Source: a virus (lineage: Duplodnaviria > Caudoviricetes). Taken from it: a stretch of 43,197 nt of DNA. Position numbers and translations under genes: made by a program. Positions 7,084 through 17,612 of this stretch are shown in pieces (position 1 is the first letter of the stretch; each line of letters opens with the position of its first letter). The notes under the pieces are model-generated. The model did not search any database and was not told where the DNA came from. It was given only the letters and a program-made list of their open reading frames with translations. The stretch spans positions 1 through 43,197 of IMG/VR virus record IMGVR_UViG_3300037313_001003. One strand, given 5' to 3'.

Positions 7084-9078
7084 TTAGCCCTTAAATGAAG
7101 ACGGATCAGAGGTCGGGAGAATAGTTCCCTTGATGATGATCTGCATAGGCGTGAAACGGGTGTTAATGGTGCTACTGGTGAACTGCCACTTCATGTTGTT
7201 GAGGAGCTTATTAATCCGGACGTACTTCTTAACCGAGTTTTGGGTGTAGCTGGTCGGGGCGCTATTCGATTCACTGAACTTAAACTCCGAGAACTTATCG
7301 GTTGAGAAACCTGAGTTGCTCACAGAGTCGGTAATTGAGATATTGCCGAGCGAGCTGAAACCTTTGCTCTTTTGCGTACCTGACACCGAAAAGCTGATAC
7401 TGCCTCGCGGGTCGGCAACTTCTACGTAGATTTTCTTAATCTTGGCCCAAGTCGAGTGATCGTCAGACCAGTGAATAAGGCCCGATTCAAGGGAGGTTGA
7501 GAATGCTGAACCAGAGTCACCTAAGATCGAGGAGCTAAACTGGATGAGTTTCGTACCAGTGACCGGAATACCCAGCAAACGAATCACACCGTTGGAGTCG
7601 GTGTATTCAAAGAACTGCTTCACACCAATACTCCACTCCTTAGCCCACGCTTTATTACGCTCAACATCGAGCACCCACGTTTGATTATTGGTCGTAGAAC
7701 CTACTGGTACGCTCCAGTAAATCCGGCCCTGGTGAGCAATGCCGCAAACGTTTGAGGCATAGGCGTTGTTAATCGTCTCAACGTCACCGCGAATGTTGGC
7801 GGACATTTCACTGGTAACGAGAACGTTTAGGATAGACTGCTGTGAACCGAGGGCGTGAAAACCTTTCGGTGATGGGAAGAAAACTGAGTCGTCGTAAGAA
7901 ACAACTCCACGAGGTGAGCGTGTGCCGACACTTCCCTGCTGTTTGTAGGCTTCAGGCACGAGGATGGTTAATGTATCGACGGTCAGCGTGGTTAGAGCAA
8001 TGTGCCAGGTTGAGCCTGCGCCCGTAGGAGATGAAGTAAGCACCGTTGCAACGGGTGTTCCCTTACCGTCACGGAAGTGGACGACCCGTTCAGGGCGTTC
8101 ATCACCACCGAGATCAAGGTCAACATAGCCACCGCCGTAGTACGGGTTAAACGCTCCTGAATACTGTCCTGTTCCCGCCCACGACACGCGGTACGGATTG
8201 GCAGGGTCACGGGTAGCCCACAGGCGGTTTGTCGACATTTCTAATTGGCCGAAGGTGGGACCGCCGGAGGTATCAACCGAAGGGGCTTCTTGGTAAGGAT
8301 TGGGTGTGGCAATGCCTGTATCGACGTAGGAGGTAGTAGCTACTGAATCCAGCCAGACCTCAGTGTTCGAACTGTCTGAGTAATAGATGTTGTAACGAGT
8401 CGCACCAACGACTGAACCCCAGCTCATGGTTAAGTAGTCAGTACCCGTTATCCAGTTATCTCGAGTCTTGTTGATACCACCCGAGACGGAGATCTCTGAT
8501 GAAGCAACAGATTCGCCTATCGAGTTGACGGCCGTGATTTTGTAGTAGGCGTTGTAGGAACCGGCTACTAAACCTGTGCGTGTGGGGGCCACCAGTGAAC
8601 CCGGAGCAGAGAGCGCCGTAAAGGTCGTAATCGTTCCAGCGTTAATGTCGTAGTACGCCAGGGTGTCGTGACCGTTAGCGATGTACAAGCGGTTTGAGGT
8701 TTGCTTAAAACAGACTGGATAGCCGGTTGACCAGGTTTTGCCCGATACCGTTGTCCAAGTGCCACCGTCGGCCGAGGTCTTCAGCGAGCCATTGTCTATA
8801 ACGGCAATCTTTGAAGTGTACGTGCCATCCGAGTTGTACTTCACATAGGAACATGCCCCATCAATTGGGGTCGTTAAGGTCGCGCCATAGACATCCGTTC
8901 CCGGCCTTGTAGTCCAAACGCCGTCTTGGTCGAGATACATATTATAAGAGCGAACTACCGCGTCGTGCGGAAGCCGAGTTTCATCGAAGAGGGTCATCAC
9001 CCCCTTGCCGAATTTGTCGAGGGTTAGTGTGAAGTCTTTTCCGTCATCCCCTTGGAGGGTTGGCATCTTACGTGCCAT
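7084..9078 (-). CDS. Tail nozzle / tubular protein B-like virion protein
   Basis: 664 aa beta-rich protein following the adaptor gene in podovirus order. Confidence 0.7.
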   Translation of the reverse strand: MARKMPTLQGDDGKDFTLTLDKFGKGVMTLFDETRLPHDAVVRSYNMYLDQDGVWTTRPGTDVYGATLTTPIDGACSYVKYNSDGTYTSKIAVIDNGSLKTSADGGTWTTVSGKTWSTGYPVCFKQTSNRLYIANGHDTLAYYDINAGTITTFTALSAPGSLVAPTRTGLVAGSYNAYYKITAVNSIGESVASSEISVSGGINKTRDNWITGTDYLTMSWGSVVGATRYNIYYSDSSNTEVWLDSVATTSYVDTGIATPNPYQEAPSVDTSGGPTFGQLEMSTNRLWATRDPANPYRVSWAGTGQYSGAFNPYYGGGYVDLDLGGDERPERVVHFRDGKGTPVATVLTSSPTGAGSTWHIALTTLTVDTLTILVPEAYKQQGSVGTRSPRGVVSYDDSVFFPSPKGFHALGSQQSILNVLVTSEMSANIRGDVETINNAYASNVCGIAHQGRIYWSVPVGSTTNNQTWVLDVERNKAWAKEWSIGVKQFFEYTDSNGVIRLLGIPVTGTKLIQFSSSILGDSGSAFSTSLESGLIHWSDDHSTWAKIKKIYVEVADPRGSISFSVSGTQKSKGFSSLGNISITDSVSNSGFSTDKFSEFKFSESNSAPTSYTQNSVKKYVRINKLLNNMKWQFTSSTINTRFTPMQIIIKGTILPTSDPSSFKG

Positions 9079-9080
9079 GA

Positions 9081-9788
9081 CTATTCACCCATACTTGCAC
9101 CGAAGGCAATGCTGTCGGTGTCGTCTAAACTATTATCGTTAAATTCTGAAGGGACGATATTCATGACCCGCATACGATCGAGCGTGTCTGCCGCCATTGT
9201 GTTATAGATGGAGAATTTGTTGTTTTGGCTTTCGAGCAGAGACTTCTGTGCAGCGACCCAGTAGATGATGTAGTTCGGATCACTCATCTCAAACTTTTCA
9301 CTGACACCAGTTGGTCGGTTGGCCATCTTGTAGTAGTCAAACTTCATGGTTGCACCAACGGTGCCGTCACCGGTTGCCGGAGTCCAGCCAAGGTTCAAAA
9401 CCCAGCCATCAATATTGTTACCCGTAACCCAAGCTACCTTCGCTTCACCGGCGTAGGTTTGGTACTGCTGAGGCGAGATGAAGGGGATGTAGTTAGTCAC
9501 CCCATTTAAGATCAGTCGTAAGTAACCGCCAGGAGGTTGCTTGAAGTCTGTCGCTGAAATAGTGTAGGAGCTAGTGGCTGCGGATATGGTTGCGCCATGG
9601 GTATAGGTTTTCCAGAGTTCTTTCCAAAAAACATCTTGTGATTCCCAGTTGCCGACGGCTTGGTAGATGAGGTTGAGGACGACACTCCACTCGTCATCAG
9701 TCGTAGCAGGTGTATCGTTATCGTTATTAACGAGAGTGTTTATTCGATCTTGTACATCCTGAAGGGTGTAAGGTTGGTTGGTGGCCAT
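9081..9788 (-). CDS. Head-tail adaptor / tubular protein A-like
   Basis: Size, position and helical N-/C-termini typical of podovirus adaptors. Confidence 0.65.
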   Translation of the reverse strand: MATNQPYTLQDVQDRINTLVNNDNDTPATTDDEWSVVLNLIYQAVGNWESQDVFWKELWKTYTHGATISAATSSYTISATDFKQPPGGYLRLILNGVTNYIPFISPQQYQTYAGEAKVAWVTGNNIDGWVLNLGWTPATGDGTVGATMKFDYYKMANRPTGVSEKFEMSDPNYIIYWVAAQKSLLESQNNKFSIYNTMAADTLDRMRVMNIVPSEFNDNSLDDTDSIAFGASMGE

Positions 9789-9806
9789 TTTCTGTTTCCT
9801 GACATG

Positions 9807-9888
9807 AAAAAAGCGGCTAGGGGATTTCCCTAAGCCGCTGTCACGTAACAGTAGGCCGAGCCAATTAAATTGTATCTATATTATATCA
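9807..9888 (-). promoter_or_regulatory. Promoter-leader-terminator cassette
   Basis: TGATATAAT, TACAATTTA, CTGTTACGTGACAG hairpin, GCGGCT...AGCCGC-T6. Confidence 0.65.
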
Positions 9889-9894
9889 CAGTTC

Positions 9895-12800
9895 TTAGCC
9901 TACCGCACCTTTGATCTTCGGTGCTGAGAGGCGAACTTTCGCTTGTTTAGCAGAGGCTATCTTAATGCCCGGCTTCTTGGAGAGTTGTCCACTTGGGCGA
10001 CTTACCTGGATACCACTCTCTTTACTAATTGGTGTGGTTTTGAGTGCTATGGCATTGAAGCCTTTGCCTTTTTTGCCTTTACCACCAGAGCCGCCAGAGC
10101 CACCGTTTCCATCGGGTATCCCGTAACCTAAGGCTTTGCGGAGGGTCTTTGGGATATCGAGTGAAGTGGTGATGCCGTTCATAAACAGCATGTTATCCAA
10201 GGCGACGGCTTTGTCGAGGGACTCTTTCTGTATATCACCTCGCTTTAACGCACCGAGAATTTCATTTGTTGAGCCACCCTTAATGTCACGGATTTCCTTG
10301 GGGAATGACTGCTGGTAGGCGGTTTTTAAGAAGTCGCGCTTCATTTGGTTTTGTTTGAAGGCACTGCCGTTTTGCGAGTCACTTAGGTATTTCAAATAAG
10401 CCTCAACTGTTCCGTTGGTCTTTGGTAAGTCAGGCATACCGTCGATCTTTACGCGAGAGGCTTGGTCATAGATGTTTTGGTATTTGGTGTCCATTGGCTT
10501 TTCGAGGTAACTATCCTTACCCTTGCCCGTGAACCGATCACTTGCCTTGAGGTAAGCATCAACACTATCGGTAAGGCCTAGGCTCTCAGCTTTGGTATGG
10601 AGAGGATCATTTTTCTCTGTGTAGACATCCCGTGGGCCAAAAGCTTTCTTAGCAGCCTGGTAGTCACGCAGCATTGCCCTGGCGTTCGGATCTGTTTCAG
10701 CTAGAGTCTTCATGTCTGACTCTTTTAGTTGGCCGAATGGTACTTGCTTACCGTTGAAATCTACTGGTTTAGTAAATGACTGTTTTAGACGCTGATCAAC
10801 CGTAAGTTTATCGGCTGAATTGGAGCCACTAGACTTAGGAGAGCTAGCTAATTTACCTGCATCGGCGTTTGACTCGGTCGTAAACGGTAAGACACGGTTC
10901 TTGATTGCTGTACCAACAATCGGTACTTGCTGGAGTGCGAACCGAGCCGCAGGCGTAGCATCGGTGTATGAATCCGGTGTTTTTCCTATTACCACTTTAC
11001 CTTTGAGGCGTGATTCATCAACTGGTGTGTTCTTGCGCTGGATGAGGTCACTCACTGCGCCTATTCCTTGAGCGCCAACACCAACGGCAGGGCCACCAAG
11101 TGCGCCGAAGGTCATGCTTGTTCGACGATCCGACGGGATGTACTTACTGCCGAGAGGGTTCATGCTTTGGTACAGATCAAAGGCAAGACCTAAACCACCG
11201 ATGTTCTGTGCGGTCTGGAGGGCTATTTTACCCTTATTTTCTTCTTCTGGTCGGCCAGCGATGACCCGTTTCGTTTCGTAGAGAGCGTAGCCAAGTGGCA
11301 GAGCGGTCAAGAACCTGCCAAGCGGCATGAGATTGCCATGAGCGGCTGGTTTTAAGATTTCGTTAGCCACAAACTCACCTTGTTTATATGAGAAAGTTCT
11401 AAACTGAGAAACTAATTTACCGCCGGGTGAATCAGCCCAGCCGGGGAGATCTTGGGGGTCAACCTTAAACTGAGTCTTTTCGACCACCTTACGGGCGGCT
11501 TGTATTTGCTGCGCTTCAGTCAGCGTCTTGTTTTGTATCGGCCCTTTAACACCAAGATTACGCAGTGTAGCTTCATCACCCTTTTGAGCGAGGCGGAGAG
11601 CGTAATCTCTACCGGCGGTTGCCGCTATAGAACGATTCATCTTTTCGACTGTCCCAAAGCCTGGAGCGGTGATTTTATTAATACCCTTACCAAGTACCTT
11701 TTGGCTGAAGCTAGAGTAGCCAGCTTGTCCCTTAAGATCGTTTAAGACGGCATCGGCAATAACACCGGTATCACCGACAAAAGCGCGGGTTTTTGGATCG
11801 AGTTGCTTAAGTGCAGCGCCCATGGTGCGGAGATGACCAGTGACGATTCCAGTGTTGACGTTCTGTGATACGTTTGTCAGCGCGCCAAGACCTAACCGAG
11901 TAGTGGTGATGTACTTACGTATTGCACCTGAAACTGCTGAGGCATTCGGGTTGTACTGCTTTGCGCCGACAGCCACATCATAGGCATTCTTTGCAGCTTC
12001 AGTATCGTAGCCTTGCTTACCAAGTTTCGTTATGAGATCTAACGCTCGTTCGTCTTGCTTACCAAATGTTTCGGTCTGTGCGATACGCTTTGCTGAGCCG
12101 TTTAGGTAACTAATGAGGCTATTAGGGGTCTTATCATAGAACGGAAGGTCGAGTAAGCGGGAAGCTTCCAGGTTACCAAACTCTCGGTTGCGTGACACAT
12201 CTTTTGCGTAATTCAGTTTCTTAATTGCATCGGCTTGGTCGACAGCTTGACCTGTTTCAACTAAGTGATTAATCGCCTTGTTATATGTATTAGTGTCCTT
12301 GAAGATGTGCTCGTAGTCGATGAAGTGTGGGTAGTACTGTGGCCCAAGATCGCCAATGTCGAGCCCTGCGCTAACACCACGTTGGCGGATGGTTGGGTGG
12401 AGAGCCTGCCATTCCTGAACAGCCTGAGCGACTTTAGTATTTCTTGGCTGTTCTAAACCTTGGGTAGCGTTCACGAAGTTCTCGTAATCTCCACCGCCGC
12501 GTAAACGGTTAGCATCTTTGCGGGCTATCTTTGTAACTGTAGGAAGAGCTTTCTGCCACTGGGCTAAGGTTAGTTCTTGGCTATCACGCGCACCTTGGAG
12601 CATGTTACCGAGTGCCTTGCCGTGTTCACCCTGTCGCTCGATGATTGAACGAGTAGAACGGAGCGCTTTGTCTAGCTTAGAAGTCATTTTCGTGTTAAGA
12701 ATAGGTAATGAACTCTCCATTTTACTATCTGGCGTTCTGGACTGCAGTTGTATGCCTCCTGCTTTGGTTTGTGGTTCTACCACAGCTTTACGAGTGGAAA

Positions 12801-14190
12801 GAACGTCGCCTACAGAAGAAACATGAGGCGTGGGCGCGTCAGCTCTTAGAGGATTCTGAGCAAAAACATTCGATTCGGCGTTAGGTAAGAGTTCTGGGGT
12901 TTTATCTGCTTGTATCGGTTGTAATGAAGGTAATCGTTTATACTCATCACTAGCCCCATAGCCGGCTTTTCCAGATTCAATTTCAGCTCTCGCACGTTCA
13001 AACCAGTCGGCTTTAGTTAACGACCTACCTTTATCGGCTGCACTCCGGACATTATTGGATACACGCCGTCCATCTGCCGTTATGTTGACTCCGTTACCCT
13101 GTCCCATGCTTTCAAGCATGTTCGCATACTCATTGATGAACTGTTTTTGCTCGGGGTGTAGGTCTGGGGCAGGATCGCCTTTTCCTGTTGGAATCTTTGC
13201 GTACCCACCCTGCAGCATCGAGTTACGATGGTTATTGTAGTCCTTGAGCTGTTGCAGGTAGCTATATATGCGATCTACGCGGTCGTGAGGGTTGCCACTC
13301 GTCAGATCAAGACCAATATTATTCCCTACCGCCCTAGCTTGTGCGTGAGTCTGGTTGACATTAGCTACTTTAGAGCCGGTAATAGCGTCAGCGTAATCAC
13401 GGAGAGTGTTAGCTTCGTTATCATTTATGATCTGATGCGGCTTTAAACCGACCTGGGCGGCGGCTGATTCGTGGGCTACTTGGCTCAATGGCTTAGCGTT
13501 TCGTGCAGCTACTTTAACCCCCTTAAGTGCGCCGGTTGCGACAGGTGCATCCTGGGCTAAACTAGCCAAGCCCTCAGCCCCAGCTAGACCAATACGGGCT
13601 GGAGTAGACAGGTTTGAATGGGTTTGGTAGTTATTAGCGACTTTCTTCTGAACATTTTGAATCGGTGCATCACCAAAGGCAAACTTCTGTAATCCACCTG
13701 TAGGCTGGTAGGTGTGTTGCGTAAACGGATGGCTTACAGTGGTTGCTGTTTCGGCTATAGGCTTGGTTAAAAATGCCTGGGCTGTGTGTTGAATAGCTTG
13801 GTAGTCTTGCTTAGCAGCATTCAGAGCGTTATGTGCTGCGATCGGGTTATGCGTCAAAGCACCAATACCTGCCCGCGCTAAATCAGTCGTGCCTTGTAAG
13901 GCGCGGTACTGAGGTTGAAACGGCGAACTTGCTATTTTCGGCGCTTGGTTAACAAAACCCATTACGCCAGACTGAGGCGTAGAAACCTGGTGTATCGGTT
14001 GCCTAATAAAATTAGCAGGTCCACTGTTCGACAGTTGGTTAAAAGCCGAAGCTTGAGGGCGAGGGGCGAACTGCGCCCCTCTTTGCATGACTGTCTGGTA
14101 CGTCCTGCCACCGTCGAGGGGGTTCACTTGCGCGACTACCCCTTCGACCTTCTTCTTGAGGCCGTCAAATAGACCCATGTTACCCTCCAA
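9895..14190 (-). CDS. Large internal virion / DNA ejection protein (start possibly 14178)
   Basis: 1431 aa, Ala/Gly/Gln-rich, helical, basic C-terminus; no enzyme motif recognised. Confidence 0.65.
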   Translation of the reverse strand: MEGNMGLFDGLKKKVEGVVAQVNPLDGGRTYQTVMQRGAQFAPRPQASAFNQLSNSGPANFIRQPIHQVSTPQSGVMGFVNQAPKIASSPFQPQYRALQGTTDLARAGIGALTHNPIAAHNALNAAKQDYQAIQHTAQAFLTKPIAETATTVSHPFTQHTYQPTGGLQKFAFGDAPIQNVQKKVANNYQTHSNLSTPARIGLAGAEGLASLAQDAPVATGALKGVKVAARNAKPLSQVAHESAAAQVGLKPHQIINDNEANTLRDYADAITGSKVANVNQTHAQARAVGNNIGLDLTSGNPHDRVDRIYSYLQQLKDYNNHRNSMLQGGYAKIPTGKGDPAPDLHPEQKQFINEYANMLESMGQGNGVNITADGRRVSNNVRSAADKGRSLTKADWFERARAEIESGKAGYGASDEYKRLPSLQPIQADKTPELLPNAESNVFAQNPLRADAPTPHVSSVGDVLSTRKAVVEPQTKAGGIQLQSRTPDSKMESSLPILNTKMTSKLDKALRSTRSIIERQGEHGKALGNMLQGARDSQELTLAQWQKALPTVTKIARKDANRLRGGGDYENFVNATQGLEQPRNTKVAQAVQEWQALHPTIRQRGVSAGLDIGDLGPQYYPHFIDYEHIFKDTNTYNKAINHLVETGQAVDQADAIKKLNYAKDVSRNREFGNLEASRLLDLPFYDKTPNSLISYLNGSAKRIAQTETFGKQDERALDLITKLGKQGYDTEAAKNAYDVAVGAKQYNPNASAVSGAIRKYITTTRLGLGALTNVSQNVNTGIVTGHLRTMGAALKQLDPKTRAFVGDTGVIADAVLNDLKGQAGYSSFSQKVLGKGINKITAPGFGTVEKMNRSIAATAGRDYALRLAQKGDEATLRNLGVKGPIQNKTLTEAQQIQAARKVVEKTQFKVDPQDLPGWADSPGGKLVSQFRTFSYKQGEFVANEILKPAAHGNLMPLGRFLTALPLGYALYETKRVIAGRPEEENKGKIALQTAQNIGGLGLAFDLYQSMNPLGSKYIPSDRRTSMTFGALGGPAVGVGAQGIGAVSDLIQRKNTPVDESRLKGKVVIGKTPDSYTDATPAARFALQQVPIVGTAIKNRVLPFTTESNADAGKLASSPKSSGSNSADKLTVDQRLKQSFTKPVDFNGKQVPFGQLKESDMKTLAETDPNARAMLRDYQAAKKAFGPRDVYTEKNDPLHTKAESLGLTDSVDAYLKASDRFTGKGKDSYLEKPMDTKYQNIYDQASRVKIDGMPDLPKTNGTVEAYLKYLSDSQNGSAFKQNQMKRDFLKTAYQQSFPKEIRDIKGGSTNEILGALKRGDIQKESLDKAVALDNMLFMNGITTSLDIPKTLRKALGYGIPDGNGGSGGSGGKGKKGKGFNAIALKTTPISKESGIQVSRPSGQLSKKPGIKIASAKQAKVRLSAPKIKGAVG

Positions 14191-15352
14191 TTAGTGAAAT
14201 GGGGTTGCCCTGGTAATCGCGTCGGCGAAGCATGGCCGCTACTGGGTCAAATGCTTCGTTAGCGATAGGCGCTGCGCCGGGTACTTGGGAAACCTGTCCG
14301 GCATCGATAGGCTGTACTTCGAACTGCTGTAAGGCAGGGTTGATGTTGAATGAAGCGCTAGCTGCTTTGTTGTACTGGTCAACTAAGTTCTGGTGTGTTT
14401 GGTTGAAGGTTGTCTGAAGGTTGCCAAGTGCATCAATAGCTTGTTGGATCAGCTGTGGTTGGTATTGTGAAAGCATTTGAGCGCGTTCACCTTGAGCACC
14501 GGCAATAGCTTGCTGAAGTTTCATGAACTCGTCATTGTACTTATTCAGAAGGTCGTTAACTTGGTTCTGCTTCCATGACTGGAGTTGGTTCATTTGATTG
14601 CCAAACTCACTCTCAAGATCAGAACGCTGCATATCGAGGCCCTGCTGTTGCTGAGAAGCGTTTCGAACGACATCACCTCGGTTCTTCGAAGCCTGTCCTG
14701 CGAGTGCGCGGTTCAGCATCATAGAAGCACTTGAGTTGCCAGCGCCGAGGCTGCCGAGCTGGTTGTTGTAGCTCATTCCCATCTGTTCGACTTGCTTAGC
14801 AATGTCGTTCAGGTTACGAGCGCGGCTGTCTTCTAGTTGGTGCTGTGAGAAGTCTAGGTTACGTACACCTTGGCCGTGTTGTGTCTGGAGGGCGTTCAGG
14901 CTGTTCTGATACTGGTTTTGTAGTTGAAGGTTGTTAACGTCACGTTGCTGTCCAAGCTGTCCAAGCTGCCCTTGAAGCTGACCAATCTGTGAGTCGTAAA
15001 GTGCATTGTAATAAGCCTGTTGCTGCGGGGTAAGTTCTTGGCCGCTGCCACCTGCACCGGCATAAGGTGATACGTCAACGCCATCCTGTAATGATGATTG
15101 TGTGCTTCCACTAGCTGCGTGTGGCTGGGTAGCTGGTTGTGCAGTCGTAGGGGCGGGGCTGCTTCGTAGAACATTGCCTGCTTGTGTCTTAATGACATTG
15201 CCAACTGAAAAACCTGGTGTGAGGTCGTGAGTGGCACCATTTACGGCACCTGCTAGACCACCTGTTACGCCACCGATAGCTGTTTGTGCTACGCGGCCAG
15301 CGAGTCCTAATAAACTCATATTTTTGTCTCCTATGCGAAGCCCTGGTTTCAC
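14180..15352 (-). CDS. Gln-rich internal virion / ejection protein (start probably 15319)
   Basis: Gly-rich N-terminus and long Q/N-rich coiled coil. Confidence 0.65.
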   Translation of the reverse strand: MKPGLRIGDKNMSLLGLAGRVAQTAIGGVTGGLAGAVNGATHDLTPGFSVGNVIKTQAGNVLRSSPAPTTAQPATQPHAASGSTQSSLQDGVDVSPYAGAGGSGQELTPQQQAYYNALYDSQIGQLQGQLGQLGQQRDVNNLQLQNQYQNSLNALQTQHGQGVRNLDFSQHQLEDSRARNLNDIAKQVEQMGMSYNNQLGSLGAGNSSASMMLNRALAGQASKNRGDVVRNASQQQQGLDMQRSDLESEFGNQMNQLQSWKQNQVNDLLNKYNDEFMKLQQAIAGAQGERAQMLSQYQPQLIQQAIDALGNLQTTFNQTHQNLVDQYNKAASASFNINPALQQFEVQPIDAGQVSQVPGAAPIANEAFDPVAAMLRRRDYQGNPISLIGG

Positions 15353-15364
15353 ATAGGCAAAATG

Positions 15365-15476
15365 AAAAGAAGCCAGAAGCTTCGAATTAATAACTAATTC
15401 TTAGCGTCTGACTCCTAGTAGCAAAGGCCATCAGAGAGATGCGGCACGTACCGCTGTCGTCCTATATATTATAGCA
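15365..15476 (-). promoter_or_regulatory. Extended -10 promoter followed by terminator-like hairpin
   Basis: TGCTATAAT at 15468-15476; AGTCAGA...TCTGGCT-TCTTTT downstream. Confidence 0.5.
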
Positions 15477-15479
15477 TAT

Positions 15480-16151
15480 TTAGTAGCAAGTTGTGCCGAT
15501 AGAACCGTCTAAATGCTCTTGCGAGTTGCAATATGTACTTATTTTAGTGCTAGGCCAAGTCACTGGTGCTTGATTGTATACATTCGTGGTGTGTTGTACT
15601 GGTTTGGCTGGAACAGTAATTTCGGCAAAGTGCTCAACAACTGTTGGCAACCCTGCTTCGGCACAAATTCCAAAGCCTGTCAATGTATAGCGCGGATCGA
15701 GCATCGCTGCCTTATGAGGCGGGCTATTCATCCAACTGTCAACAAATTCTTGGGCTGTTTTAACACCACCTTGATTAAGGATTTCTGCTGCATATGAGGT
15801 GTTTGCCACATACTTAGGGACGTATGTGTATCCTTGTACCTGGGTTGTCGGGTTGATGTGATCATAATAGTTATTCGTTGCCATATCATCACACTTCGCT
15901 TGTGCTGACTGATTAACAGCCTGATCAAGTGATAAAGCTGGTACGCCGTTTGCCACCCGTTCCTTATTCACATCATTGTAGAGCGCTGCAACGGTTAGTG
16001 GATCAGCAGCAATACGTGCAGCCTCAGCCTGAGCATTTGTTGCTGCTACACGTTGATTATGGGTATTTATGACTGCATAGGCGCCCCCAATAGCAGCCCA
16101 GACCGATACGGTCGTGACAACTATCGTAGCAAACAGTCTATTATTGCTCAT
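15480..16151 (-). CDS. Membrane-anchored CAP/SCP-domain protein (moron-like; start revised)
   Basis: VNKER...L, AQAKCDDM, YYDH, WMNSPPHKAAML CAP motifs; N-terminal TM; own promoter. Confidence 0.88.
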   Translation of the reverse strand: MSNNRLFATIVVTTVSVWAAIGGAYAVINTHNQRVAATNAQAEAARIAADPLTVAALYNDVNKERVANGVPALSLDQAVNQSAQAKCDDMATNNYYDHINPTTQVQGYTYVPKYVANTSYAAEILNQGGVKTAQEFVDSWMNSPPHKAAMLDPRYTLTGFGICAEAGLPTVVEHFAEITVPAKPVQHTTNVYNQAPVTWPSTKISTYCNSQEHLDGSIGTTCY

Positions 16152-16160
16152 TGTAGCCGA

Positions 16161-16189
16161 ATAATACCACAAGGCTGTAAAAAAGTCAA
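16161..16189 (-). promoter_or_regulatory. Sigma70 promoter for CAP gene (near-leaderless)
   Basis: TTGACT-17-TATTAT with TG extension, ending 10 bp before ATG 16151. Confidence 0.7.
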
Positions 16190-16206
16190 CTGTTTGGTGA
16201 GCTATA

Positions 16207-17322
16207 TCACTTAGCTATGAGGATATTTGAACCATCATGCCTTATAGCACGAAAGACTTCCACTAACTGAGGCCAATTCACCTCTAACCGCCAGAAACGA
16301 AGGTCTTCCTGGGCCTGTATTCGCAGGGATTTACGGAATGCTGCGTCATCAACAAGCCGTTTTAAGGCTTTGTACCAATCTTCAGCGGTATTCTGCACCA
16401 GAAGGGCATTTTTGCCGTTATTTAGGTCTTTATATGGCCCTACGTCGCTCGCAACGAAGGCTGCGCCCATACGGGTAGACTCCTGCCACTTAATATTCGA
16501 CTTACCCTTAGCAAATTCGGTGTCTTGGAGTGGAGCAACCGAGATGTCGAAGTTCAGTTTTGGAAATACTTTGTCCACAAAATCGGTACCGGGTAAGCCA
16601 TCGATGTAGCTATAGCGTCCACGGGGGAGGTACTTTTCAATCGGGAAGCCGCAAGCTGTGAAGCGTACCTTCTTATTCTCGTGCATTAACTTCTCTACCG
16701 CCTCAACCATACCACTTTGGTCAATATCCCAAATATGTGACGAACCGCCAAAGTAACCGATCACTATATCATCTCCGTTGTCGATAGGTTCGTGCTTGTA
16801 ATCGTCACTGATATAGTTTGGAATAACGAACACGGAGGCCGGATCTTTATCAGGCCGTCGAGAGCGAAGCTTATGGGCGAACTCTTCAGTCGTCGTGGTG
16901 ATGTAATCCACGTCCCTCACCATGCACTGCATGTGGTAGACGTTTTCATGACTGAGCTTCAACCAAATCGGGTTATCGGGTTTAATAGCGAACAGGTCAT
17001 CGTCCACGTCCATCACGAACTTGGTGCCGTAGCGTTCCCTTACGGCTTTCAGGAGCACGTAAAAGGTGGGGTTCGTGAAGTACGTCGACCAGATAATGTC
17101 ATACTCACCGAGTTTTTGAGCAGCCTTTTCAAGCTCCTCGTCGGTGAACTCTTGTTTATCTTTGTATTTCTCTATGCCAGGAATGAAGGTTGGCTGTTCG
17201 TCTATCTGCCAATCGGTGTTCCGTTTTAATTCCCTAATAGGGCGGTATATCCGCCAGAGATCAACTGCTTTTTGTTTCTGTATAGGCACCATTCCGATGC
17301 CATGTACAGCTAGCAACTTCAT
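16207..17322 (-). CDS. Glycosyltransferase (GT-B fold, GT4-like)
   Basis: DVDDD, IGYFGG, DISVAPL...KSNIKWQE...ASDVGPY motifs. Confidence 0.88.
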   Translation of the reverse strand: MKLLAVHGIGMVPIQKQKAVDLWRIYRPIRELKRNTDWQIDEQPTFIPGIEKYKDKQEFTDEELEKAAQKLGEYDIIWSTYFTNPTFYVLLKAVRERYGTKFVMDVDDDLFAIKPDNPIWLKLSHENVYHMQCMVRDVDYITTTTEEFAHKLRSRRPDKDPASVFVIPNYISDDYKHEPIDNGDDIVIGYFGGSSHIWDIDQSGMVEAVEKLMHENKKVRFTACGFPIEKYLPRGRYSYIDGLPGTDFVDKVFPKLNFDISVAPLQDTEFAKGKSNIKWQESTRMGAAFVASDVGPYKDLNNGKNALLVQNTAEDWYKALKRLVDDAAFRKSLRIQAQEDLRFWRLEVNWPQLVEVFRAIRHDGSNILIAK

Positions 17323-17612
17323 TAGGCAAAACTTACGGTTATGTCACTTGCAGCAGCGGTAACAATCGTTAGACCGGTACCAAAGCCAACATCAAATGTG
17401 AATGTCTGCTCAGCAATAGATGCCTTGAGCGTAGCAATCTTGGTACCACTTGCAGCGGTGTTGTCATAGATTGTAATTGCGCCAGCGGCAGTCGTGTTAA
17501 CTGTCAGCGTATGCAAGACACCAGCGCCAGGCTTGACTATAGTTGTAGTCGCAGTCGAGATGTTCTTATACGCGCCAGTAGGCATGTAGGTATCATCAGG
17601 GGCGTAACTCAT
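17322..17612 (-). CDS. Small beta-rich virion/decoration-like protein
   Basis: Thr/Ala/Gly-rich 96 aa in the head operon. Confidence 0.6.
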   Translation of the reverse strand: MSYAPDDTYMPTGAYKNISTATTTIVKPGAGVLHTLTVNTTAAGAITIYDNTAASGTKIATLKASIAEQTFTFDVGFGTGLTIVTAAASDITVSFA

